From an uncultured bacterium (lineage in GTDB: Bacteria; Hydrothermota; 32-111): a stretch of 47,976 nucleotides of DNA. Below the pieces are notes generated by a model. The model had not been told where the DNA came from. It made no database searches and saw only the letters and a list, made by a program, of their open reading frames with translations. Position numbers and translations under genes: made by a program. The stretch covers positions 1-47,976 of the forward strand of contig CBDUZN010000001.1 in assembly GCA_965371715.1 (NCBI GenBank), read 5' to 3'. This document shows, one piece after another, positions 16,144 through 25,219 of this stretch (position 1 is the stretch's first letter; each line of letters opens with the position of its first letter).

Positions 16144-19125
16144 TTGACAAATGACAATTTCAAATCCATAATTAATGAATATACATCCCATAAAACAGAT
16201 GATGAGATCTATAATGATCTAATGCAATTTAAGGTTAGGAATATTTTACTTGTAGCCTCATTATATGATGCTTTCATTCTGGAAATGGAAGGTCGTCTTA
16301 ATGAAGAAATTTATGGTGAATATCATCAATTGAATTTATCCAGTGCACCAAGAATAACAAGTATTTCATCGGCAAAAAAGGCATTAAAAATACTTGAAAA
16401 AAAGCATTTTGATATAGTTATTTTGACAATGCGTATCAATGAAATGAACCCATTTGAATTACGAAACGAGATTAAGAAAATCAATTCAACAATCCCTGTA
16501 ATCATATTGCTCAATGATGATGCCGAAATTCCATTAATGACTAAAATGATAACCGATAAAATAGATTTCAATAAATTGGATAGAACATTTGTCTGGAATG
16601 GAGACGCAAAAATTTTTCTTGCTATGATTAAATATATTGAAGATATTATGAATGTTAAAAGGGATACAAGATTAGGGCTTGTTCGTGTTATTCTTGTTGT
16701 AGAAGATTCCTGTAATTATTATTCACAGTATTTACCAGTTCTTTATACAGAATTGATGAAACAATCTCAGCATCTTATTCAGAATGAACATTTAAATGAA
16801 CTTAATAAACTTCTCAAAATGCGGGTTCGCCCAAAAGTCCTATTAGCAAGCGATTATGAGCATGCAGTTGAACTTATTGATACCTATAAGGATTATATGT
16901 TATGTTTAATAACCGATATAAGATTTCCCAAAGAGAATAAAACTAATGATACAGCAGGATTTGAATTAGCTGAATATGCTAAAAAACAGATCAAAGGTCT
17001 CCCCGTAATGCTGCAATCTGCCGATATTAAGAATGTAGAAAAAACAGAAGCAATGAATGCAATATTTCTCAATAAAAATTCTGATACATTAGCAAGAGAT
17101 TTAAAGGATTTTGTTTATAAATACCTTGGTTTTGGTAAATTTGTATTTAAAGATAGGAATGGAAAAGAAATTTGCAGAATATCATCTGTTGATGAATTGG
17201 GTAAAGAATTAAAAACAGTTTCTGTTGATTCCCTTATATATCATGGCAAAAGAAATCATTTTTCAGCATGGTTTATGGCAAGAGGTGAAATATTGATTGC
17301 AAAAAAATTACAAAATTTGCAAATAGAGGATTTTGAAAATATTGATGAAGTGAGAAAATTACTAATTAATTCTGTTAAATCAATTCATATTAGTAAATCA
17401 AAAGGAAAAATAATTAATTTTAATAAGTCATATATTAAGGAAGAACCTAATGTTATTCGTTTAAAAGAAGGCTCATTAGGTGGGAAAGGTAGAGGTCTTG
17501 CATTCATTAATAATGTTATACAGAATTCATCAATTGGAGATATGTTTGAAAATGTCAAAATTTCAATTCCAGGAACATCAATTATTGGAGCAGAAGAATT
17601 TGAACAATTCGTAATAAATAATAATATAAATTCAATAAATTTTGAGAAAATGACTTATGAACAAATCAAAAGAAAATTTTTGACTTTCAAATTATCAGAA
17701 CAATCAATAAAAACGCTGAAAAATTATATTAAATATATTGAGTTCCCTCTTGCTGTTCGTTCATCAAGTATTTTTGAGGATTCTATTTCACAGTCATTTT
17801 CTGGTGTTTATACAACATTTCTACTGCCAAATAATGCACCCGACACATTTATCAGGTTAAAACAATTAACAGATGCAGTCAAACTTATATATGCATCAGT
17901 GTTCTCCCCTAATGCAAGAAGTTATTTTAATGCAATAAATTACAGAATAGAAGAAGAAAAAATGGCTGTTATTATTCAGGAGGTAGCAGGGAATAATGTT
18001 AATGGTAGATATTATCCACACTTTTCAGGAGTTGTTCAATCATATAATTATTATCCTGTATCATATATTAAACCAAAAGACGGAATTGCTGAGATTGGAG
18101 TAGGTTTAGGTAAATTTGTAATTGATGGTAGAAATGCTTTCAGATTTTGCCCTAAATATCCCAAAATTGAATTAACAATAAAAGAGGAACAAATAAATAA
18201 TAGTCAAAAATATTTTTATGCTATCAATATGAAACAAGATAATTATAATCTTGTTGATGGAGAAGATGCAACATTACTCAAACTCGAAATAGACGAAGCC
18301 GAAAAAGAGGGTATATTGGATTATATTGCATCTGTTTGGGATTATCAAAATGAAAAAATGGAACCAGGTATCCATGGAAAAGGTCCAAGAGTTGTAAACT
18401 TTGATTATATTCTTAAATATGGGTATTTTCCATTAGCAGCCATACTTTCATCATTAATGAATATATTTGAAAAAACAATGGGATCACCTGTGGAAATTGA
18501 ATTTGCAGTTGATTTAAACAAGAACAATGAAAATAAATTTCTATTCTATATATTGCAGATCAAACCAATAATCAGATATAAAAATAAATTTATTGTAAAT
18601 AAATCATCTGTTAATGAAGATAATATTATTCTATTTTCTTCAAAAGCAATGGGCAATGGAGAAATAAATGATATTACTGACATAATTTTTGTTGATCCAA
18701 ATACTTTTAATAAATTTAATACAATTGATATTGCAAATGAGATAAGAATTATTAACAAAAAAATGCTTGATAAAAAAACAAAATATGTATTAATTGGACC
18801 AGGTAGATGGGGTAGTCAAGATAAACATTTGGGAGTGCCAGTAGATTGGACGGACATTTCTTCTGCAAAAATTGTTGTTGAAACAGAAATTGAGGGCTTC
18901 CGGATTGATCCTTCATTGGGTTCACATTTCTTCCATAATATCATTTCAATGAATATTGGATATTTCGCAGTATCACTTATAGGTAAGGATACCATTAATT
19001 GGAAAAAAATGAAACAAGCAAAAACTATTGAAAAAATGGAATATATTACTCATATATGTTTTGATAAACCATTTAAAATTGCTATGGATGGAATAAATAG
19101 TAAGGCAATGATTCTTTACGAATAA
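16144..19125 (+). CDS. Degenerate receiver + receiver + PEP/pyruvate-binding (PPDK_N-like ATP-grasp) domain protein
   Basis: AGGAGG 5 nt upstream of a TTG start. The second REC-like region has VVED...LITDIRFP...LQSA...NK. Downstream are GSLGGKGRGLAFIN and LAVRSSSIFEDS, typical of PPDK_N / PEP synthase N-terminal domains. No phosphohistidine swivel motif is seen. Confidence 0.7.
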   Translation: MTNDNFKSIINEYTSHKTDDEIYNDLMQFKVRNILLVASLYDAFILEMEGRLNEEIYGEYHQLNLSSAPRITSISSAKKALKILEKKHFDIVILTMRINEMNPFELRNEIKKINSTIPVIILLNDDAEIPLMTKMITDKIDFNKLDRTFVWNGDAKIFLAMIKYIEDIMNVKRDTRLGLVRVILVVEDSCNYYSQYLPVLYTELMKQSQHLIQNEHLNELNKLLKMRVRPKVLLASDYEHAVELIDTYKDYMLCLITDIRFPKENKTNDTAGFELAEYAKKQIKGLPVMLQSADIKNVEKTEAMNAIFLNKNSDTLARDLKDFVYKYLGFGKFVFKDRNGKEICRISSVDELGKELKTVSVDSLIYHGKRNHFSAWFMARGEILIAKKLQNLQIEDFENIDEVRKLLINSVKSIHISKSKGKIINFNKSYIKEEPNVIRLKEGSLGGKGRGLAFINNVIQNSSIGDMFENVKISIPGTSIIGAEEFEQFVINNNINSINFEKMTYEQIKRKFLTFKLSEQSIKTLKNYIKYIEFPLAVRSSSIFEDSISQSFSGVYTTFLLPNNAPDTFIRLKQLTDAVKLIYASVFSPNARSYFNAINYRIEEEKMAVIIQEVAGNNVNGRYYPHFSGVVQSYNYYPVSYIKPKDGIAEIGVGLGKFVIDGRNAFRFCPKYPKIELTIKEEQINNSQKYFYAINMKQDNYNLVDGEDATLLKLEIDEAEKEGILDYIASVWDYQNEKMEPGIHGKGPRVVNFDYILKYGYFPLAAILSSLMNIFEKTMGSPVEIEFAVDLNKNNENKFLFYILQIKPIIRYKNKFIVNKSSVNEDNIILFSSKAMGNGEINDITDIIFVDPNTFNKFNTIDIANEIRIINKKMLDKKTKYVLIGPGRWGSQDKHLGVPVDWTDISSAKIVVETEIEGFRIDPSLGSHFFHNIISMNIGYFAVSLIGKDTINWKKMKQAKTIEKMEYITHICFDKPFKIAMDGINSKAMILYE

Positions 19126-19132
19126 AAATCAT

Positions 19133-20008
19133 TCAGTCTATTATTGTAGCACTAATCTTATATTTGTCAGGTAAAATATCAATTCTAAATTCATCATTAT
19201 AAATAAGTTGTCCATCAAGTTGAGCATAAACCTTTCTATTGCTTTTAATAAAAATATGTTTAATTTTCTTCATTGTTACATTTCTATCAAACATATGGCG
19301 TTTTAAAAGAATTTTAATCAATAAAAGAGGTCTCATAATCATTGGCATATCCTTAATAAAACACAAATCAAGGAAATCATCACTAACATCAGCATTTGGA
19401 GTAAGATAAAATCCACCTCCAATTGATTGTCCATTTGCTACAAGCACAGTATAATATTTTCCTTTATACCTTTCTCCATCACTTTCTAAGCAGTATATTG
19501 GTGGACAAAAACCAAGTAAATGTTTAGCAACATAAACCATGTATGCCAATATGCCATGTAAAGGAAGTTTATCTTCATTCATTGAGCGAACCACCTCACC
19601 ATCAAAACCTATTCCCAATGAATTTATTCCGATTCTATTATTCATTCTAAAAATATTTACTTCTTTATATCCATTATCTGTAAAAAATGATTCAAAAGGT
19701 ATCACACCAATAGATTTTACCAAATCATTCCCTGTTCCACTACCAATTAATTTGATTGCTATTTTTTTAGGGTATAAACCATTTATTATCTCATTTAGAC
19801 TTCCATCCCCACCCATAAGAATAATTTCATCTGTTTTATCATTAACCCATTCTTTTATATTTTCCTGAGCATCATATTCTCTTTTTGTAATAATTACACG
19901 ATAATTAATCTTTAATCTATCTAAAACTACTTTCACCTTAGGCAGATTCTTCATTGCTGTGCCACTACCGGCAATCGGATTCACAATAATTAGTCTTTGT
20001 CTTTCCAT
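19133..20008 (-). CDS. Diacylglycerol/lipid kinase family protein (YegS/BmrU-like)
   Basis: IVNPIAGSG near the N-terminus. Catalytic-domain motif ILMGGDGSLNEIINGL. Confidence 0.8.
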   Translation of the reverse strand: MERQRLIIVNPIAGSGTAMKNLPKVKVVLDRLKINYRVIITKREYDAQENIKEWVNDKTDEIILMGGDGSLNEIINGLYPKKIAIKLIGSGTGNDLVKSIGVIPFESFFTDNGYKEVNIFRMNNRIGINSLGIGFDGEVVRSMNEDKLPLHGILAYMVYVAKHLLGFCPPIYCLESDGERYKGKYYTVLVANGQSIGGGFYLTPNADVSDDFLDLCFIKDMPMIMRPLLLIKILLKRHMFDRNVTMKKIKHIFIKSNRKVYAQLDGQLIYNDEFRIDILPDKYKISATIID

Positions 20009-20104
20009 TTAATTAGTTTAATATGTAATTGAAATAAATCAATAGTATTGTTCTATTATTATTTGACTAAACATCCGATTTGATGTATAATATATTTATG
20101 CCTA

Positions 20105-20698
20105 ATGGAGATACTAATGGTAAATTCTAATTATATACATTATTATTATATAGAAAATTATCTATTTCTAAATGTAAATGATAAATTCAATAGAAATCAC
20201 CGAATTGATGCATTTGATTTCATTTGTATTCTAAAATGGCAATGCGAAGAATTCAATGTTGATGAATTAAAGAAAACCATTTTTGGAAAAAGCAGAGAAA
20301 TTAAAGAAATTCCTAAACGATTCAATTCAAATTTTGATTTTCTTATTAAGCGTATAACAAGAGAATTGTATTCAATTTCCGAAAATAAAGAAAAAGCAAA
20401 ATATTTATTTGATGATTGGGAATTTCCCCCTGAAATTATAATAAATCTATTATCTATTTTATATCAAAATGATTTCTTATTTTATTCAGAAAAAGCAGCA
20501 GAATTTCTTGATGGTGGAAAAGCGAAAAAATTCAGAAATTTTGCAGGATTAAAAAATTTCAATTCTTTCTGGAAAAGATATCAGGAATATACTCAAAAAA
20601 TCAATACACTTGTTCCAAATGATATAACTCTCAATGATAAGGTAAGATGGTTAGCTGGGAAACATATTCAGTCTCAGACAAAATTCACTATTAATTAG
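20105..20698 (+). CDS. Hypothetical protein
   Basis: 197-aa ORF with no signal peptide and no recognisable motif. Its 3-prime end overlaps the convergent gene by 8 nt. Confidence 0.5.
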   Translation: MEILMVNSNYIHYYYIENYLFLNVNDKFNRNHRIDAFDFICILKWQCEEFNVDELKKTIFGKSREIKEIPKRFNSNFDFLIKRITRELYSISENKEKAKYLFDDWEFPPEIIINLLSILYQNDFLFYSEKAAEFLDGGKAKKFRNFAGLKNFNSFWKRYQEYTQKINTLVPNDITLNDKVRWLAGKHIQSQTKFTIN

Positions 20699-21428
20699 AT
20701 TTTTTAATTTCAAAACTTATATAAGAAGACATCCTATTTAAACTCAAAGCATTAAGAATCGCTTCCCATATCAATATTATAAAATATAATGGTGGGAAAA
20801 ATGCAAAATATGGAGCACTGAAATAACTTATCTTACTCTCAATCACTATTAGTCCACATTTTTCTATATTTTGTTTAATAGCATTATAATTACAATCTTT
20901 GTAATGAGTTTTGTGTCCTCTTTTTGCAATATAATCATTAAATAGATATTTCAGTAAAAAGGATTTTGTTTTCTCCGGTAATAATCTATTCAAAATTGCA
21001 AATTCTGCATTTCCTGACGAAAATAGTATTATTGCTTTACCATTAATTTTGAGAATTCGTTTAATTTCCCGAAATAGTAAATCCTTATTTGAAATATGTT
21101 CAAAAACAAATTCTGATGTAATTATATCACAGGAATTATCTGCAAATGGAAGATTACAATTAAGATCAAGGTTTATTCTATTTTTCGATATTTCATTTAA
21201 CAATAATGATTTATAATCAATATCTGTTAAAATAATGTTATTACATTTTTTTGCTTTATATGTTAATTTTCTTCCGCTTCCAAGGTCTATACATAGATGT
21301 TCATTTTGCAATAATTCAGTTGAACGGTTTCTGTAAAATTCAGCAACACTAAACTTAGTATGATCAAACATACTATTAAACCCTGCTGAAATTCTTATCA
21401 TACCATTAATCAAAATTCTAAAATTCAT
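20691..21428 (-). CDS. Class I SAM-dependent methyltransferase (Methyltransf_11-like)
   Basis: Motif I CIDLGSGRK. Post-I/II region DIITSEFVFEHI, and ILKINGKAIILF. Confidence 0.7.
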   Translation of the reverse strand: MNFRILINGMIRISAGFNSMFDHTKFSVAEFYRNRSTELLQNEHLCIDLGSGRKLTYKAKKCNNIILTDIDYKSLLLNEISKNRINLDLNCNLPFADNSCDIITSEFVFEHISNKDLLFREIKRILKINGKAIILFSSGNAEFAILNRLLPEKTKSFLLKYLFNDYIAKRGHKTHYKDCNYNAIKQNIEKCGLIVIESKISYFSAPYFAFFPPLYFIILIWEAILNALSLNRMSSYISFEIKKSN

Positions 21429-21531
21429 AAATACATATTAAACCTAAATCAATATTTTTTCAATGATTTTCTTTGTCTGGCTTTCTTCTTTCTTTACTAG
21501 CGTATTGGAAACAAGCGTACCAGTGTACTTT

Positions 21532-23124
21532 TCATCTTATCCCTATTGGTATCTTTCCATAAAACTTACCTGAATCATTTTCAAGTTCAATAAATAGAAT
21601 ATGTAATATATGTCTTGTTTTAATGTTATTACATTTTATTGGAATTATCTCATCTGATGAAATTAATTTATCAATTATTGGAATATTAACTAAATTCCCT
21701 GTTTCGGAATATATTTTTACATTAATAGTATTTATACTACAATGTGATTTAACTATAAGATTAATTATGGGATTACTTGCATCAGCTATGTGTTTATCTA
21801 CACTAAATAGATTGTCGGAAATATTTGATAATGGACTTAGTGAATTTGTTTTTAAAGGAGTGCCACCATAATCATCAACACACATATCCCAATTTAATAT
21901 TTCACAGCCCCTTGTGCCATTAATCTTTTCTATTGACCTATCTCCCCTATCTTCATATCCTCTTATTACGGAATCAATTGTAAAATCATTAATTAATAGT
22001 AGAAATGTATCTTGTCTATTGGGCAGACTAATTGATGTTTCTTTTATATTTAAGCAATTGGTAATATATGGATAATCATATTTTAGTAATTGAGTATCTT
22101 CACTAAGAACAAAATAGCTGCCATTAGGAATTGTAATGTCTTCCATTATCAGCGTATCATTATTTATAATTGTTAAATCACCATAATAGTCTATTCCACA
22201 TTCATTCTTTATTTCTATCCATTCTTTATCTGAACCATGAACAAAAAATTCACTAAAAAGTATTTTATATTTATTATTAATAACTGGTTTAATAAATGTA
22301 TAGATATTTAGATTACCCTTAATATTTACATTAAATACATCCTGTTTTCCTACATCAATAGTAATTGAATCATTAAGTACTTGTATTGTGTCAATTAAAC
22401 AAGGCGATTCAACAATTAAAATTGTTCCACTAACTGGCATATATGCAAAATAGATTGTTAATGTATTATTAAAATAAATCATTGTATCAATTACAGCATT
22501 TTCAGTATATACACTATTTTTGATTCCTGCAGAATTGCCTGATAAATCATTACAGGGTTTCCAGTTCCCTTTTGTATCTTTTGCATAAGGATTTACTCTT
22601 TCAAGCGAAATGCCATCCCCACAATCATATGGGAATCCATCCTCCTCATCAGGTGTTCCAAATGAACTGACAATTTTATCATTATTATCAAACAAAGAAA
22701 TACAATCAACAGTTGATAAACCATTATCTCCAAAAGTAGTATTACTTATTGTGAAAATATATGTTTCCTCACAAAACTCATAAGGCATATTCAATTCATC
22801 ACCAATTAGACAATATTCCGGATCAAGAATAACTCCATAACATCGAGGTGGTAAATATTCAACATTTATTATTCCCTTTTCAGGAGAAATTGAATCAGAC
22901 CACTTTAATATGTTATCATAGGCATTCCCATCAAATAACCTATATCCCGTTAATACTATTGTATCGGATGAACCATTATATATTTCAATAAACTCATTCC
23001 TGTCTCCTGGCGACATAACCCCTGAATCCCTTCCCTCAACATTTGCCATTACTTCATTAATGATAATATTACTATTAATTAATAAAAAGATAAATAGAAT
23101 TAAAATAATTAGTATTGTTTTCAT
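21532..23124 (-). CDS. Secreted protein with two lamin-tail-domain (LTD)-like modules and a possible sorting-type C-terminal beta-sandwich
   Basis: IINEVMANVEG...NEFIEIYNGSSDTIVLTGYRL and ILFSEFFVHGSDKEWIEIKNECG match the LTD pattern (NE..ANP...EWIELYN). I prefer the start at 23124 (MKTILIILILFIFLL signal peptide) over the ORF-track start at 23175. The C-terminal VKIYSETGNLV region resembles FlgD-Ig/T9SS-type tails (weak). Confidence 0.65.
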   Translation of the reverse strand: MKTILIILILFIFLLINSNIIINEVMANVEGRDSGVMSPGDRNEFIEIYNGSSDTIVLTGYRLFDGNAYDNILKWSDSISPEKGIINVEYLPPRCYGVILDPEYCLIGDELNMPYEFCEETYIFTISNTTFGDNGLSTVDCISLFDNNDKIVSSFGTPDEEDGFPYDCGDGISLERVNPYAKDTKGNWKPCNDLSGNSAGIKNSVYTENAVIDTMIYFNNTLTIYFAYMPVSGTILIVESPCLIDTIQVLNDSITIDVGKQDVFNVNIKGNLNIYTFIKPVINNKYKILFSEFFVHGSDKEWIEIKNECGIDYYGDLTIINNDTLIMEDITIPNGSYFVLSEDTQLLKYDYPYITNCLNIKETSISLPNRQDTFLLLINDFTIDSVIRGYEDRGDRSIEKINGTRGCEILNWDMCVDDYGGTPLKTNSLSPLSNISDNLFSVDKHIADASNPIINLIVKSHCSINTINVKIYSETGNLVNIPIIDKLISSDEIIPIKCNNIKTRHILHILFIELENDSGKFYGKIPIGIR

Positions 23125-23282
23125 CTTGGCTATATTGTATATTGTTTCGCTGCTTATGTCAATAGGGAGGATCATTTAGGTTTTGTAAATCTTAGGAAAT
23201 ATTTATAAAATTTGAAGGACCATCCCTAAAATAGATAAATAAGCATATTGAACTATTTTCAAATTTACCTATAATTGATTAT

Positions 23283-24266
23283 ATGAAAAGAGAAGCAGAT
23301 TTTTACATTAAAAAGGATAATACTGTTCAATGTTTATTATGCCATCATAATTGCATAATTTCAAATGGACAAACAGGGAAATGTGGAAATAAAGAAAACA
23401 ATAATGGCATATTATATGCCAAGAATTATGAAAAGATCATTACTCTCAGCATTGATCCTATTGAAAAAAAACCATTATATCATTATTATCCCGGCACTAA
23501 CATTGTGTCAATCGCACAATCGGGATGCAATCTAAACTGTCCATTCTGCCAAAACTCGGAAATATCTCAAAATACGAATATTTCCTTTGACACAGTATCT
23601 ATTGATAACTTATATAGCATTTTGGATAATTATAATGAAAATAAAATAGCATTCACATATACAGAGCCACTTGTCTGGTATGAATATATCTATGATTTTG
23701 CAATTAAATATAAAGATATAAAAATTGTGATTGTGTCAAATGGACATATTAATAAAGAACCAATAGAAAAACTTGTTCCACTTATAAATGCCGCAAACAT
23801 TGATATTAAATCTTTTAATGATGAATACTATAAATCAGTATTAAATGGTAATTTGGATACTGTAAAGCAAACAATTGAAATATTGTTTTCACATAATGTT
23901 CATATTGAGATCACACATTTGCTTATTGAGGATGATAATGATAATGATAATGAATTTAGTAAAATGATTGATTTTATCAGTAATATGTCTCCTGATATCC
24001 CTCTTCATATATCAAGGTACTTTCCTGCATATACATATCACAAAAAACCAACTTCCATAAAACGATTAGAGCAGTTCTATAATATTGCAAGAAAAAAGTT
24101 AAAATTTGTTTATCTTGGAAATATTCCCGACAACGAGTTTACCGCTACCGTCTGTCCTAATTGCGGCAATAAATTAATTGTCAGAGATATATATTCTATT
24201 AAGATTCCAGGTCTAAAAGATTCACATTGTATTAATTGTGGAACTAAAATTCCTATTATAATGTGA
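23283..24266 (+). CDS. AmmeMemoRadiSam-system-type radical SAM enzyme (PflA-like activase fold)
   Basis: N-terminal VQCLLCHHNCIISNGQTGKCG. Radical SAM cluster CNLNCPFCQNSEIS. C-terminal CPNCGNKL...CINCGTK zinc-ribbon-like pair. Confidence 0.75.
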   Translation: MKREADFYIKKDNTVQCLLCHHNCIISNGQTGKCGNKENNNGILYAKNYEKIITLSIDPIEKKPLYHYYPGTNIVSIAQSGCNLNCPFCQNSEISQNTNISFDTVSIDNLYSILDNYNENKIAFTYTEPLVWYEYIYDFAIKYKDIKIVIVSNGHINKEPIEKLVPLINAANIDIKSFNDEYYKSVLNGNLDTVKQTIEILFSHNVHIEITHLLIEDDNDNDNEFSKMIDFISNMSPDIPLHISRYFPAYTYHKKPTSIKRLEQFYNIARKKLKFVYLGNIPDNEFTATVCPNCGNKLIVRDIYSIKIPGLKDSHCINCGTKIPIIM

Positions 24267-24360
24267 ATTTTATTTCATATTTTTCTTAAAATGCATTGTA
24301 ATATTATCGGCATTCACAATATAAGTGTAATTTTACAACAATTTAGGTGTTCAATATAAA

Positions 24361-24369
24361 TGGTATAAT
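24361..24369 (+). promoter_or_regulatory. Candidate extended -10 promoter element (TGGTATAAT) for the pilin operon
   Basis: TGnTATAAT match 39 nt upstream of the ATG at 24408. RBS AAAGGAG at 24395-24401. No convincing -35. Confidence 0.35.
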
Positions 24370-24407
24370 TATTGCATATAATATTATTGAACGAAAAGGA
24401 GTTTAAA

Positions 24408-24806
24408 ATGCGAAAAGGATTTACTCTGATTGAACTTATGGTTGTAATTGTGGTGATTGGAATTATTGCTGCTTTTGCTATACCTGGTATGAATCCAAGC
24501 GGTAAAAAATTCAGCACAAATTACCAGAATGTAGCTGACAAATTAAATTTTGCAAGACAAAAAGCAGTAACAACAAATGCAACTGTTACGGTTGAATTTA
24601 CTGCAAGCAGTATTAAGGTTGGTTCTGATTCATTGGGTTTATATAGTGGAATGGTCTTAAGTGCTAAAAGCGGAGGAACACCCTTAACCGATCTGGATTT
24701 CAATGCCGGTGGTGCACCGACAAGTGATGCAATCATTGAATTAACTGGCTTTGGTAAAACAGATACAATTATTGTAACCCTGTCCGGTTACATTTTATCA
24801 AGGTAG
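24408..24806 (+). CDS. Minor pilin/pseudopilin, FimT/FimU/GspH-like
   Basis: Prepilin signal MRKG|FTLIELMVVIVVIGIIAAFAIPG with Glu at +5. GspH-like ADKLNFARQKAVTTNATVTVEF. The start is chosen at the RBS-supported ATG, not the ORF-track 24372. Confidence 0.8.
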   Translation: MRKGFTLIELMVVIVVIGIIAAFAIPGMNPSGKKFSTNYQNVADKLNFARQKAVTTNATVTVEFTASSIKVGSDSLGLYSGMVLSAKSGGTPLTDLDFNAGGAPTSDAIIELTGFGKTDTIIVTLSGYILSR

Positions 24807-24812
24807 GTTATT

Positions 24813-25205
24813 ATGAAAAAAGGATTTACTATAGTTGAATTACTTGTCTCAATTACTATTTTAGCAATAGGAATACTATCTTTGGGAGTATTATTCCCTG
24901 CCGGAATGAGATCAACAATGCTTACAAGGCAAAACACACAGGCAATTGAGTATTGTCAACAGAAGATTGAATACCTAAGAACACTTAGTTGGAATGATGG
25001 TGAATTAAATGCCGGTACACATGGTCCGAATTCATTGGCAATGGATAACAATAATGATGTTTTTATTCTTAATTATACCATTACTCCTGATCACCCAATT
25101 GTTGATATGAAAAAAATAACAATTAATGTATCATGGACCTATGCTGGCGGCACCGGAGGGGTTAAAACAAGAACAAGATCCATATCTACATATATATGTC
25201 AATAA
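24813..25205 (+). CDS. Minor pilin, PilV/GspI-like
   Basis: MKKG|FTIVELLVSITILAIGILSLGVLFPAG with Glu at +5. 130 aa. Confidence 0.78.
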   Translation: MKKGFTIVELLVSITILAIGILSLGVLFPAGMRSTMLTRQNTQAIEYCQQKIEYLRTLSWNDGELNAGTHGPNSLAMDNNNDVFILNYTITPDHPIVDMKKITINVSWTYAGGTGGVKTRTRSISTYICQ

Positions 25206-25219
25206 AAAAGGAGTATATT

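Noticed and set aside
23931-23954. GATAAT hexanucleotide repeat as a phase-variation tract
   Set aside because: There are only three in-frame units, encoding DNDNDN. Slippage would keep the frame, and similar AAT/GAT runs are common in this AT-rich sequence.
24372-25219. Longer ORF-track starts for the pilin genes (24372 and 25196)
   Set aside because: Prepilin leaders must be short and N-terminal. The internal ATGs at 24408 and 25220 have AGGAG-type RBSs and give canonical leaders (MRKG|F, MKKRA|F).
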